A DNA stretch of 64,000 bases from a virus (Duplodnaviria > Caudoviricetes), in IMG/VR virus record IMGVR_UViG_3300025605_000004, positions 1 to 64,000 of that record; one strand, 5' to 3'. The notes under the pieces were generated by a model that saw only the letters and a program-made list of their open reading frames with translations, had not been told where the DNA came from and searched no databases. Position 1 is the stretch's first letter, and the number at the start of each line of letters is the position of its first letter. Position numbers and translations under genes: made by a program. Of the stretch, positions 44,397 to 53,882 are shown piece by piece.

Positions 44397-44981
44397 ATGC
44401 CGACCAACTTTCCAACCAGTTTAGATGTCATACCGAACCCTGGAGCAGTCGATGCGCTGGACAACCCAAATCCAGCCCTAAAACACGCTACTCAGCACGA
44501 AACGGCTAATGACGCTATTGAGGCACTGGAAGCTAAAGTCGGCATAGACAATTCCGAGGATGCCAATTCACTCGATTATAAATCACGGAACGGGTCATTC
44601 CTCCGAAGAACCGTCACTGTTACGTCCAACTTGATAGCCCAAAACGCTTCTGATTCAGGGAAGGTCATTGCCCTTGGGAAAGCATGTCTTGCGGTCAAGA
44701 TTGAAACCGACTACCCGGCCTGGGTTCGGATTTATTCGACAGCGGCAGCCCAAGCAGCGGATGCAGCAAGGACTATTGACACTGACCCCACTGGTGAACA
44801 CGGCGTTCTCCTGGAGGTTTTGACCACGAACTCGAACCTTGCTTTGAACCTTTCACCGGCTGCGGCCTGCTTCTCTCTGGAGGATACTCCAGGCACGACG
44901 CTGCCGGTCACCATAGTAAACAAGGATTCAGTAGAAAGGGCCATCACCGTTACTGTCACGGTGATTCCTATAGAGGGTTAG
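44397..44981 (+). CDS. Virion appendage protein A1
   Basis: N-terminal NFPTSLD...H..QH...ND.IEALEAKVGIDNS shared with 46964..47767. Confidence 0.7.
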   Translation: MPTNFPTSLDVIPNPGAVDALDNPNPALKHATQHETANDAIEALEAKVGIDNSEDANSLDYKSRNGSFLRRTVTVTSNLIAQNASDSGKVIALGKACLAVKIETDYPAWVRIYSTAAAQAADAARTIDTDPTGEHGVLLEVLTTNSNLALNLSPAAACFSLEDTPGTTLPVTIVNKDSVERAITVTVTVIPIEG

Positions 44982-44982
44982 C

Positions 44983-45894
44983 ATGGCTAGAACATTTTTC
45001 AACGGTAGAGGCTACATAGGCGGTGGCGATGCGGAGTTTAGGGTGCTCGGCAAAAGCATCTCGGATGCTCTGGCAGCCGTTGGCTTGGTTAAGTGTGCTG
45101 ACACAGGACAGCTAGATTGGGATACTGTTACAAAACCTGCTACGGCTAACACACAGACTGCCTATGAAATATGGCGATTCGCTGACTCGGAATACCAGAC
45201 GGAATGTCCAGTGTTTCTCAAAATTGCGTATGGCACCGGAGCTTCAACCAACACATTCGGTATATCGGTAACTGTATGCCGAGGCACCGACGGAGCAGGT
45301 AATGTAGTTGGAGACTACATTACTTATGTCAACATCACAAGCACCAGTTCCGGGGCTTACGACCGAAACCAGAACTTCATTTCCAGTGATAACGGCATCT
45401 CCAGACTATCTTTGATGCTGTTTGTGGGAGGTAGCTACGGAGGCATTAGTGACCTTCAAGTTATCACCATAGACCGTCTGAGAGACGCTGACGGAAATCC
45501 CACAGCAGAAGGTGTTCACTTTATAAGTGTTCAGAACACTTATAATCAGACAAGTAACTGGAACCAGTCAGTTCTTCCAGTATACGGGGCCAAGTTCCCC
45601 AATACGCCTCTAACAAGGCCGATGTGTCTAATGCCTCCTTTGTGCTCCGATACTTCCGCGCCTAAAACAAGTAAGCGGCCCTGTGTAAGCTACATATATC
45701 CCTATCTGGGGCATCCCGGTAACCCGGACATGAACGTATTTATATATCCAAATGAAATCAATACCACAGGGCAGGGTATGCTGGTCAAATACCCATTCTA
45801 TGGGAGTGAGCATACATTCATTCTTAGCGGGCAAGCGGCTGCAATGTATGTCAATGGTGATGCCACTGTGGGAATTGGGGTGATATACGAATGA
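44983..45894 (+). CDS. Virion appendage protein B1
   Basis: SDAL..VG.VK..DTGQLD...YEI...P..LKI.YG.G shared with the next gene. Confidence 0.65.
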   Translation: MARTFFNGRGYIGGGDAEFRVLGKSISDALAAVGLVKCADTGQLDWDTVTKPATANTQTAYEIWRFADSEYQTECPVFLKIAYGTGASTNTFGISVTVCRGTDGAGNVVGDYITYVNITSTSSGAYDRNQNFISSDNGISRLSLMLFVGGSYGGISDLQVITIDRLRDADGNPTAEGVHFISVQNTYNQTSNWNQSVLPVYGAKFPNTPLTRPMCLMPPLCSDTSAPKTSKRPCVSYIYPYLGHPGNPDMNVFIYPNEINTTGQGMLVKYPFYGSEHTFILSGQAAAMYVNGDATVGIGVIYE

Positions 45895-46769
45895 GTAAAA
45901 TTGCTTTTCAAGCAATGGGGACGAATAACAACGTAGCCAACTTCAAGGATTGGGTTCAGAAACTCTCTGACGCCCTAACAACAGTTGGGTTCGTTAAAAC
46001 CAATGACACCGGCCAGTTGGACATCGCTGGTATATCTGCCGTTCCTTCCACCAATACGTATGCCGGGTTTGAGATTCGCAAACTCGATGATAGCCTGTTT
46101 GCTGCCAACCCGATTCTGCTCAAGATAGAATATGGGTCGGGCAGCAGTTCAACGAACTATCCAGGCTTACGATTGACTATGGGACATGACACAGACGGTG
46201 CGGGGAACTTAGTAGGACAAATAACCGATTCCTCAGTGATTAACTTTCCCGATTATTACACCACAGCTCCACTGGATTGTTATGCTTCCTGTGGAGAGGG
46301 CTACGTATCTGTTGTAATGTTCTGCGGATATCGACATGCGTGTGGCTTTTACATTGCTCGTTCATCTGACCCTGCCACAGGCATCCCCAATGCGTATGGT
46401 GCCCACCTTGTATGCGATGCTGGAAGAAACGGTCTACGGCAGCAGGGACTCCGAGGCATAGACGGTGGTAAGATGCCATCGTCACCGTTTCTTTCTCCAG
46501 TTTGTGCTGCACCATACTCGGGCAATGGCACGTATGGAAACAACATAGGTGTCTTTCCTATCTTCTTCTACGACGGCTATCCTGTAGGCCCCGACTATAC
46601 CGGTGTTGCCTATTTCAATGATGACATACAGGCAAGCGGCACTCAGTTTACTTTGACCATTAACGGCATCACACGAACGTTCGTAACAATTGGAGGGCAG
46701 CCAACCAGCAACAGCGGGAAGTTGAACGGTAACTCCCTTATAGCAAGCATAATGGTGAGGTACGAATAG
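45891..46769 (+). CDS. Virion appendage protein B2 (paralog of B1)
   Basis: Same N-terminal motifs; both end in YE*. Confidence 0.65.
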   Translation: MSKIAFQAMGTNNNVANFKDWVQKLSDALTTVGFVKTNDTGQLDIAGISAVPSTNTYAGFEIRKLDDSLFAANPILLKIEYGSGSSSTNYPGLRLTMGHDTDGAGNLVGQITDSSVINFPDYYTTAPLDCYASCGEGYVSVVMFCGYRHACGFYIARSSDPATGIPNAYGAHLVCDAGRNGLRQQGLRGIDGGKMPSSPFLSPVCAAPYSGNGTYGNNIGVFPIFFYDGYPVGPDYTGVAYFNDDIQASGTQFTLTINGITRTFVTIGGQPTSNSGKLNGNSLIASIMVRYE

Positions 46770-46963
46770 TGGCAGATGTGAGTGTAGGCGCATTCGCCGG
46801 ACAATACAACAACCTGGCAATCAGTGGGGAAATCCAAGTGGTTACCCCAAAGCTTATGCCCGAACCTTATATTTTTCATACAGGTTTCGATGTTGAAGTA
46901 GGTTCCGGCTCTGGCTCCACAAGACCTCAATCCGGTCAGCTTTTCCCGAGAGGAGATAAGTAA
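46769..46963 (+). CDS. Small structural-region protein
   Basis: Tightly packed; ends RPQSGQLFPRGDK. Confidence 0.5.
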   Translation: MADVSVGAFAGQYNNLAISGEIQVVTPKLMPEPYIFHTGFDVEVGSGSGSTRPQSGQLFPRGDK

Positions 46964-47767
46964 ATGGTCAACTTTCCAACCAGTCTTGATACGCTGACTA
47001 ATCCGCAAGCATCCGATGCTATGGATACTGCCGGAGTTGAACACGACATTCAACACGCCAACCTTAATGACATCGTGGAAGCTCTGGAAGCTAAGGTCGG
47101 CATTGATAACTCGAATGATACAGGCTCCATAGATTACCGACTCAGGGCTGTGGAAGCGGCTCTGGGCAGTGAGACAGACCCATGGAGTGATGAGTTCAAT
47201 GGAGATGAATTGAACATTTCTAAGTGGGCAATACTTAACCAAGGTGTAGCCGAAGTATCTCAATCAGATGGATGCCTACTCATCACTCAACCGGCTCACG
47301 GTTCCACTGACGATGTAAAAATGGTCGTCCAAACGGCCCCAACAGGCACCTGGAAAGTTCGGGCCAAGCTTGCTATGGCTTTCGACTTAGAGGAATCTGC
47401 ATATCCTGGAGTTTATCTTGGCTTACGCGAAAGCAGCACAGGTAAAATCGAGATGATTGGTATTAACTGGAGGTCTGGTGTTAATAATCTCATACACTTC
47501 CGGTACAACAGTTTCTTTAGTTATGCCTCCACAGGCTGGAGCAATTCGCGATTTCCATTTGGAATCTACTACTTCGAGGTTGAAAAAACAGAGACCGACC
47601 TAATATGGAGACTGTCTATAGAAGGCCAGTTTTTCCGGCAAGTTCTCTCTAAACCTATCACAACATTCTTTACCTCTGGCCCTGACCAAATCGGGCTGTG
47701 TGCCAACTGCTTCAACACACCCTATGAAATGGTAGCAGTCTGTGACTGGATACGGAGAATAAGTTAG
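46964..47767 (+). CDS. Virion appendage protein A2 with lectin/glycoside-hydrolase-like beta-sandwich C-terminus
   Basis: Shared A-type N-terminus, then WSDEFNG..L...KW...DWIR. Confidence 0.65.
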   Translation: MVNFPTSLDTLTNPQASDAMDTAGVEHDIQHANLNDIVEALEAKVGIDNSNDTGSIDYRLRAVEAALGSETDPWSDEFNGDELNISKWAILNQGVAEVSQSDGCLLITQPAHGSTDDVKMVVQTAPTGTWKVRAKLAMAFDLEESAYPGVYLGLRESSTGKIEMIGINWRSGVNNLIHFRYNSFFSYASTGWSNSRFPFGIYYFEVEKTETDLIWRLSIEGQFFRQVLSKPITTFFTSGPDQIGLCANCFNTPYEMVAVCDWIRRIS

Positions 47768-47775
47768 GTATTCAA

Positions 47776-48699
47776 GTGACTATTCGATATAGGGAACCTG
47801 GAAAACCGTATAGAACGAACGTCAACTACGACGGTTCCGGTGGCAGCTTCAACGGCAGCCAATCACTCTTGGTGCTCTCCTGCATCGGGGAGGCTTTAAC
47901 GGCTTACGATGAAGTAGGCTTGACCTATAACGACAGCTTCTATACCTACGACGGTAACTTCACTGGAACGGCGAGAAAAACCGTCAGAACAGTCAGAGTC
48001 AAAGCAAGTATACGCAATACGGTCTCACGCTCGCTCTCTGTTGGGGCTAATATCTACCGCAGATTTGAGCAGACAATCACGGCCAAAGCCAGTGTGCGGA
48101 ATACGGTCACACAATCATTCCAGGGAAAAGCCTATATCATTACCCAAAAGCAGATAATGCTCAGAGGCCGTATCATCCCCACAATCTCCCTGAAAGCCCG
48201 CCTGAGCAGGCAACAGGGAGGTATAGCCCCTGGACACGAAGACCCAGGCTACATGCTCTGGACGGATACGAGCCTCAACACCAAAGCAAACCTGTATCAC
48301 TACATTGGTTATCCAACTTATACAGTACAGTCCAAGGGCCGTGTACTGCCTATCCGCACGAATAAATTGGATACTCGGGTACGGATTGTAGGCGGGCAAG
48401 TTATCGGTGCCAAAGCATACATACGTCCACTATGGTCATACTGTCACGTTCCTATGAGTTTCCGGGTCAGTCAAATGGCACGACAGCGAGCAACTATGAT
48501 ATTCTATACAGAGGGAAGGGTAACAACGCCTACTGTTACCACGAAGGCATATATCGCAAAACGGATGTCTGCCAGAGTGACCGGGCACTTCCTCGTAGCA
48601 ATGACCCCGACAGTTGCAGGCGTCATGCATGTAGACAACCCCACAACAAAGGCAAAGACACTCTCACTCCTAAGTATGAGAGCTTACATAGCGAGATAA
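47776..48699 (+). CDS. Virion appendage protein C1 with repeated K/R-A-x-I strands
   Basis: KASIRNT/KAYI repeats; C-terminal TGHFLVAM.P...RAYIAR shared with the next gene. Confidence 0.6.
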   Translation: MTIRYREPGKPYRTNVNYDGSGGSFNGSQSLLVLSCIGEALTAYDEVGLTYNDSFYTYDGNFTGTARKTVRTVRVKASIRNTVSRSLSVGANIYRRFEQTITAKASVRNTVTQSFQGKAYIITQKQIMLRGRIIPTISLKARLSRQQGGIAPGHEDPGYMLWTDTSLNTKANLYHYIGYPTYTVQSKGRVLPIRTNKLDTRVRIVGGQVIGAKAYIRPLWSYCHVPMSFRVSQMARQRATMIFYTEGRVTTPTVTTKAYIAKRMSARVTGHFLVAMTPTVAGVMHVDNPTTKAKTLSLLSMRAYIAR

Positions 48700-48702
48700 A
48701 CT

Positions 48703-51357
48703 ATGGCAATCATTGACCAACAATATAATCATATAGGCATTCAAACCTGGGAAACCAAGTTCGGTGCTGATGTCATGGGAGGCCGGGGTGCTATGGTGGG
48801 ACACCCTGACGGATACACCTATGCCATCTTTGCTCGAAACTATCAAAATGGGGTCAGCGAACGCAGACTCTATATGACCCGGACAATGGATAAAGGTGTT
48901 ACCTGGTCTGACCCTATCCAGATAACAGCAGGGGCATGGGATGACGACCCCCGCGCAATAGTCCTGGATGAAAACGACGTGGCCTCCGACATTGGAATAG
49001 CGTTCGTTCGCAACGGTTATCTCATGAGGACTACTATCAATAAAGAGACCGGGGCAGCCTCCGCAATCGACTACATTGACCCTGTAAGTCCTGCAAATGT
49101 CAAAGAAATTATGTCACCGACTTTGATAAGGACTCTGGATGGTGGCTATGCCATCTTCTATCTTAACAATAGGTCAGCAATATACACTACCGTAAGAGTA
49201 GCCCGCAACGCTAATGAGTTCACAATGAACAGCTGGGTTCTGAGCGATTATAGTAACCCACGGCTGTTTCCGGCTGACAACACACCCTACAGCCTCAGCG
49301 TTAAAAGGATGCTCAACGGCGACCTCATGATGCTTCTCACTGTGAGAACTGCTCTCAACGGTGTCGCTAGTGGTGAATATAGCAGTAAAGGATGGTCAAA
49401 CATTGCCAGAGGCATCCAGCAGACCAATATTATCGTTTTATTCTCATCAGACGACGGCATAACTTGGACTGCTCCAGACCAACTAACTAATTATGCCAAT
49501 GACACAAGCTTCGGATTGGATGGATTTGACAGTGTAGCCAACTGTGACTGTGTTCAGCTAACAGACGGTAGGGTTGTTGTCGCCTATGAGGAACATAAGG
49601 CACCAATCCTGTTCAACTCAGAGACGGCCCCGAACGTGCCTTCAATCTGGGGTGACACATTCAATGTGAAATATCACGAGGAGAAAGACCTCATATTCTA
49701 CAGTGGCTCAAACAGTAGCACGGGCGGCGTATTCTATTTTAACAAAAGCAACTATAACGGGGTTCATCGAATCTCTACAACCTCGACCCCGTATATCTGG
49801 ACAAATGACATCAGCACTTTCGACATAAGTCCTGACGGAACGCTTCTAGTTACCGGAAGCTGGACAGGTGGTCTCACACTCATTGACATAGCTGACCCTG
49901 ACCCGGCAAACTGGAAAACACTCTACTGTCTCCATTACCTTTCCGACCCTGGAGACCAGCTCTCATTACTTAGCTCTAATATATTCCTGGTTAGATTTTA
50001 TGATAACAACACTGTGGTTTTCTCGTATAACGAGTACACAAATTTTCATATTGCCGGGGGAATCTGGAGATTCAAACTTGACTCAGAGCGAAATATCATC
50101 ACGACAGGGGATGATAAACATACGTTGACTCCCTGGCAGACACATGCGCCTTATAATACCCGCGAAGTGGCATTTGTCCTTCAAGGAGGCCGCATTGTGG
50201 CCGTAGACCATTCCGGTATTGCCTCTATAAGCCTTGAAACTGGGGAACTTCAAAGAGTTACTTATTGCTCACAAGACGTTGACCGTATTGCGTATGACCA
50301 GACCCACAACCTATTCATAGCTGCCACCTATAACAGCATTCATTTCTTCACAGATGATGGGAACAACTTCGATGAAATCGACTATATGAATGCTACTACC
50401 AACCCTGCTTGGCCTGGAGTCTCCAGCGACAGCTTGTTCAAAATAGCCGACCAAGGAATGCTAGGCTTCAGGGATGGTAGACTTAACTGGATTTCTCTCA
50501 GCAATCGCAAGTGCGCCGGGTATAGAAATATCAAGTCCTACCTCCGTCTCGGAGACAACTTCTATAGTGGTGAGCTAGACTACGCAGGAATCAACATTCC
50601 TGGCTGGCTTACCCTTGCTTCCTCGCACCAGATTATCTTTATACCAATCACCAAAACAGGTAGGCTGCGTTACGCATTCTTTACCTATGATGCCGAGAAC
50701 AAGGCCCTCAACAAAGCTGGAGTTGACTGGTACGACGTGTGTAACGAGATTAAGATGGGAGATGAGGTCAACCGGGTTCACTTCTCATCAATCATTCGAG
50801 ACCTGGACGACCGGCTCTACCTGTATTGCACCCGGTATGACTACTACCATGACGGCAATGAGTTTGGAGTGCTTGTAGGCGTCATCGAGCCTGACGTGAA
50901 GAAGATAAACGCCAAGGCCCGGATTCAGAATACCTATATCAGCAACGTCCTGGGTAAGAGCCGTATTCAAAATACCTATAGCTCAACATTTAACCTTCGG
51001 GTAAGGGTCGCGTTCGCACAATGCTTCAAGGCCAAGGCTAGAATTGTCCCTCATGTCAATAAGACATTCTCAGCAAGGGCCGCTATCAAATCACGTAAGT
51101 CAGCCAATACTCCAATGTTCTTTGATGTCCTCGGGACAAACATCACACGGCGTTGCAGATTGAAGTTCATAGCCCAAACAGGGTATAATAGAACCATCGG
51201 ACTGACTGCAAAAACATATATTGCTAAGACACAGACAACACGCCTAACAGGACATTTCCTGGTTGCAATGCCGCCAAGTGGGGAACATAAGCCATCTTGG
51301 AATGTGAAGAATATCCCACAGGCCGGTATTCAAATTAGGGCATGGATAAGTAGATGA
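48703..51357 (+). CDS. Putative receptor-binding protein C2: Asp-box (BNR) beta-propellers plus C1-type C-terminal module
   Basis: TMDKGVTW and SSDDGITW Asp-boxes; DISPDG; TGHFLVAMPP...RAWISR. Confidence 0.7.
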   Translation: MAIIDQQYNHIGIQTWETKFGADVMGGRGAMVGHPDGYTYAIFARNYQNGVSERRLYMTRTMDKGVTWSDPIQITAGAWDDDPRAIVLDENDVASDIGIAFVRNGYLMRTTINKETGAASAIDYIDPVSPANVKEIMSPTLIRTLDGGYAIFYLNNRSAIYTTVRVARNANEFTMNSWVLSDYSNPRLFPADNTPYSLSVKRMLNGDLMMLLTVRTALNGVASGEYSSKGWSNIARGIQQTNIIVLFSSDDGITWTAPDQLTNYANDTSFGLDGFDSVANCDCVQLTDGRVVVAYEEHKAPILFNSETAPNVPSIWGDTFNVKYHEEKDLIFYSGSNSSTGGVFYFNKSNYNGVHRISTTSTPYIWTNDISTFDISPDGTLLVTGSWTGGLTLIDIADPDPANWKTLYCLHYLSDPGDQLSLLSSNIFLVRFYDNNTVVFSYNEYTNFHIAGGIWRFKLDSERNIITTGDDKHTLTPWQTHAPYNTREVAFVLQGGRIVAVDHSGIASISLETGELQRVTYCSQDVDRIAYDQTHNLFIAATYNSIHFFTDDGNNFDEIDYMNATTNPAWPGVSSDSLFKIADQGMLGFRDGRLNWISLSNRKCAGYRNIKSYLRLGDNFYSGELDYAGINIPGWLTLASSHQIIFIPITKTGRLRYAFFTYDAENKALNKAGVDWYDVCNEIKMGDEVNRVHFSSIIRDLDDRLYLYCTRYDYYHDGNEFGVLVGVIEPDVKKINAKARIQNTYISNVLGKSRIQNTYSSTFNLRVRVAFAQCFKAKARIVPHVNKTFSARAAIKSRKSANTPMFFDVLGTNITRRCRLKFIAQTGYNRTIGLTAKTYIAKTQTTRLTGHFLVAMPPSGEHKPSWNVKNIPQAGIQIRAWISR

Positions 51358-53687
51358 ATCTCCGAATAACCGAAGTCAAAGTAACGGACGCCATGAACGA
51401 ACGGGCTAAGACCTGTACACTTACGCTTGCCCCTCCAGATGAGGACAGGCAAAACCGCTCGGTCGCTGAAGTACGCCATCCCGGAGACACACAGAGCATA
51501 GTAGCCACCAATATCCGGCCAAACAACAGTATAGTGGAAGTCCGTGCCGCTTTCGGTGGCTTGCCGTCTCATACCATATTTGCCGGAGTCGTTGAGTTGA
51601 TGGACGACTTGGAAGACCCGGACAAGAACCTGTTTGTCATCGAGCTTTCTGCTACTCCCGCTAATCAGGGACACAGGAAGCGAATCAATATGCTCCGTAA
51701 CTCTACGGTGCCTACATCTTACTCGTCATCCAGGTCTGTATTCAATGTCTCCTCTGGCGCTGGAGTTGGTATAAACAGGGTATCTGTTTCCCGTCCGACC
51801 GGCCTTGACCGCTGGACTTCGACCAACCTGCTCAATCAGGTATGCCAAAAGGCAGGCATCAAGCTCGGACGCAATGACCTGCCGACACACAACATCTGGG
51901 GCACATACGAGGTCATCAGAAAGAACCCTATGGAAGTGGCCGAAGAATTGTGTGCGCCATTCAACACATTCGACTTCCAGCGGTACTTCGTCCGGTGTGA
52001 CGAGACCAATGGCCTTCAGATAATCAAGGTAGACTACACCAAAGGGGCGGGAGTAACAAATCCCTACCCAATCCAAAACCTGGAGCAGAAATCCCGTTCC
52101 TATGCTCGCTACATGCCTGAAAACCGGATAGGAGACAGCGATGTGGTCTGCCGGGGTGCTGACATCTATGGCAATGACGCTATATTAAGTACTGCCGCGA
52201 ACGTCGTCAACAAGGAAGACACGGGAGAAGGAGACCCTGACCCCAATGCTTCCAAGAGACAGGGCAAGACCGTTCGCCGTATAGCCGAACATACTTACAG
52301 AAGCAGCAGCGAATCAGATAACTACAACCCATACGGCCCTGAAGATGAGAACCCCACTGACCTGGGCGACTCTAAAACCGAAACGGAGAGTGTCGTATCC
52401 TACGTCTGTATGGTAACAATGCGTCCCGAGGTTGAAGACGGGGCGTTCACGCATTATAACCAGACTGACGGTTCCTGCACAACTGCCGACGACCCGGATG
52501 CTGTCGAGGTTCAAAACCCTTATTATGACCCGAGTAATACGGATGACAGTGGGGGAGATGAGCCACTGTCGCTCATCTTTGACCCCCCAAGAGACATAGA
52601 CACCCTGATTGGCAGGCTTGCCGAAGGTAGATATACGAACATCTCCTTGAGCGGCCAATATGTGCGCTCTACCAAGACCCGAGTCGAAACCAAAGCGAAA
52701 AGCATGACACATGTAACTGAAACTACGTCTACGTTTAATTATGATGTTCGCCGGTTTGACAATCGGATTTATAAGGGTAACGACGCAGATGTAGTGCTCG
52801 TAAGCGATGAAACCATAACCTCAGTCACCATCAACAATAACGGTAAGCTTCGACCTATGTCAAAAGTGAACCGAAGCTACAAGTATTCATCTTTCGGCGT
52901 CCAGTCCTCGATAACTACCAAGACTTACACATACACCCCGAGAGATACCTGGGCCTTGGTGAACGTTGAAGTGCAGTTCCCGGATGGCTCTGCGGCAACC
53001 GGTGCTGAAATCGCCTACTATGCTGACCGCAACGCTGAGGCAATGAAGGAACGGGAGAAACGGTGGAGAGAGGCTTATAATGAAGCCCTGGAACGGGGAA
53101 TGACCGATGATGCTGCCAAGGAATACGCCGACAATCAAATAGACCGCGCCATCACGACGGGAGGCATCAGCCGTTCCTCCACGGGCTTTGACAGCACTTC
53201 TTCCGAGGACAACCGTGTTCCGATAGGTCGCTACACACTTCTAAATGGGCACCCGGTAAATGTGTCATCCGGGGGCAACCTGGCCTCAAATGTCATCGCG
53301 GTCGAAAACGGATTCAGACCGACCAGCAGAATGACATACGTCAATGTCGTAGACAACAGCCGCTACCAAATAGCGAGTATTCGACGCAACACTTTACGGC
53401 AAACCGACCCAGAAGACCGGCTGAAAAGTGCATTTGAAATAAACGTGCCCTATATGGACTTGTCCGGCCTGATGCTGCTCTGGAACCTCGCTCAGAAACA
53501 GAAAGAGCTTGAGAAGAACAACGCTTACTGGGAAATAGTCCGGGGCACCTGCCCAATAGACACTACCCCTGCTGCTGGGGCCTCGGTAAATATAGACGGT
53601 AGTGGAGGTATCGCCGAGTCGGTCGTACACATCATCACCGAAGATGAGGCAATGACTACCGTAGAGCTTAGGAGGCTGGTCTGGTAA
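51354..53687 (+). CDS. Putative baseplate hub / tail tip protein
   Basis: IFAGVVE, LL..VC.KAGI hub-like pattern; position. Confidence 0.5.
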   Translation: MNLRITEVKVTDAMNERAKTCTLTLAPPDEDRQNRSVAEVRHPGDTQSIVATNIRPNNSIVEVRAAFGGLPSHTIFAGVVELMDDLEDPDKNLFVIELSATPANQGHRKRINMLRNSTVPTSYSSSRSVFNVSSGAGVGINRVSVSRPTGLDRWTSTNLLNQVCQKAGIKLGRNDLPTHNIWGTYEVIRKNPMEVAEELCAPFNTFDFQRYFVRCDETNGLQIIKVDYTKGAGVTNPYPIQNLEQKSRSYARYMPENRIGDSDVVCRGADIYGNDAILSTAANVVNKEDTGEGDPDPNASKRQGKTVRRIAEHTYRSSSESDNYNPYGPEDENPTDLGDSKTETESVVSYVCMVTMRPEVEDGAFTHYNQTDGSCTTADDPDAVEVQNPYYDPSNTDDSGGDEPLSLIFDPPRDIDTLIGRLAEGRYTNISLSGQYVRSTKTRVETKAKSMTHVTETTSTFNYDVRRFDNRIYKGNDADVVLVSDETITSVTINNNGKLRPMSKVNRSYKYSSFGVQSSITTKTYTYTPRDTWALVNVEVQFPDGSAATGAEIAYYADRNAEAMKEREKRWREAYNEALERGMTDDAAKEYADNQIDRAITTGGISRSSTGFDSTSSEDNRVPIGRYTLLNGHPVNVSSGGNLASNVIAVENGFRPTSRMTYVNVVDNSRYQIASIRRNTLRQTDPEDRLKSAFEINVPYMDLSGLMLLWNLAQKQKELEKNNAYWEIVRGTCPIDTTPAAGASVNIDGSGGIAESVVHIITEDEAMTTVELRRLVW

Positions 53688-53882
53688 ATGGCAGAGCAAC
53701 TGGTAACTATGGGCGTGGCTGAAGCATTCGTGCCCGGAACAACTTCATTCGTCATCATTTCCGATGGTATCTATCAGGTTCATGCTTATATACCGATTGG
53801 CGTCAAGGTAGTCCTTGGACGGGCCTACACTGTCCACAAGACCGGCAACACCTACTATGTGGGCGTAGAGGTAGCAGTCTAA
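53688..53882 (+). CDS. Small protein (OB-like), tail tip region
   Basis: AGGAGG SD; tight packing. Confidence 0.5.
   Translation: MAEQLVTMGVAEAFVPGTTSFVIISDGIYQVHAYIPIGVKVVLGRAYTVHKTGNTYYVGVEVAV

Noticed and set aside
44397-47767. Diversity-generating retroelement target/template pair
   Set aside because: No reverse transcriptase in the window; the shared segments are N-terminal and differences are not limited to adenines.
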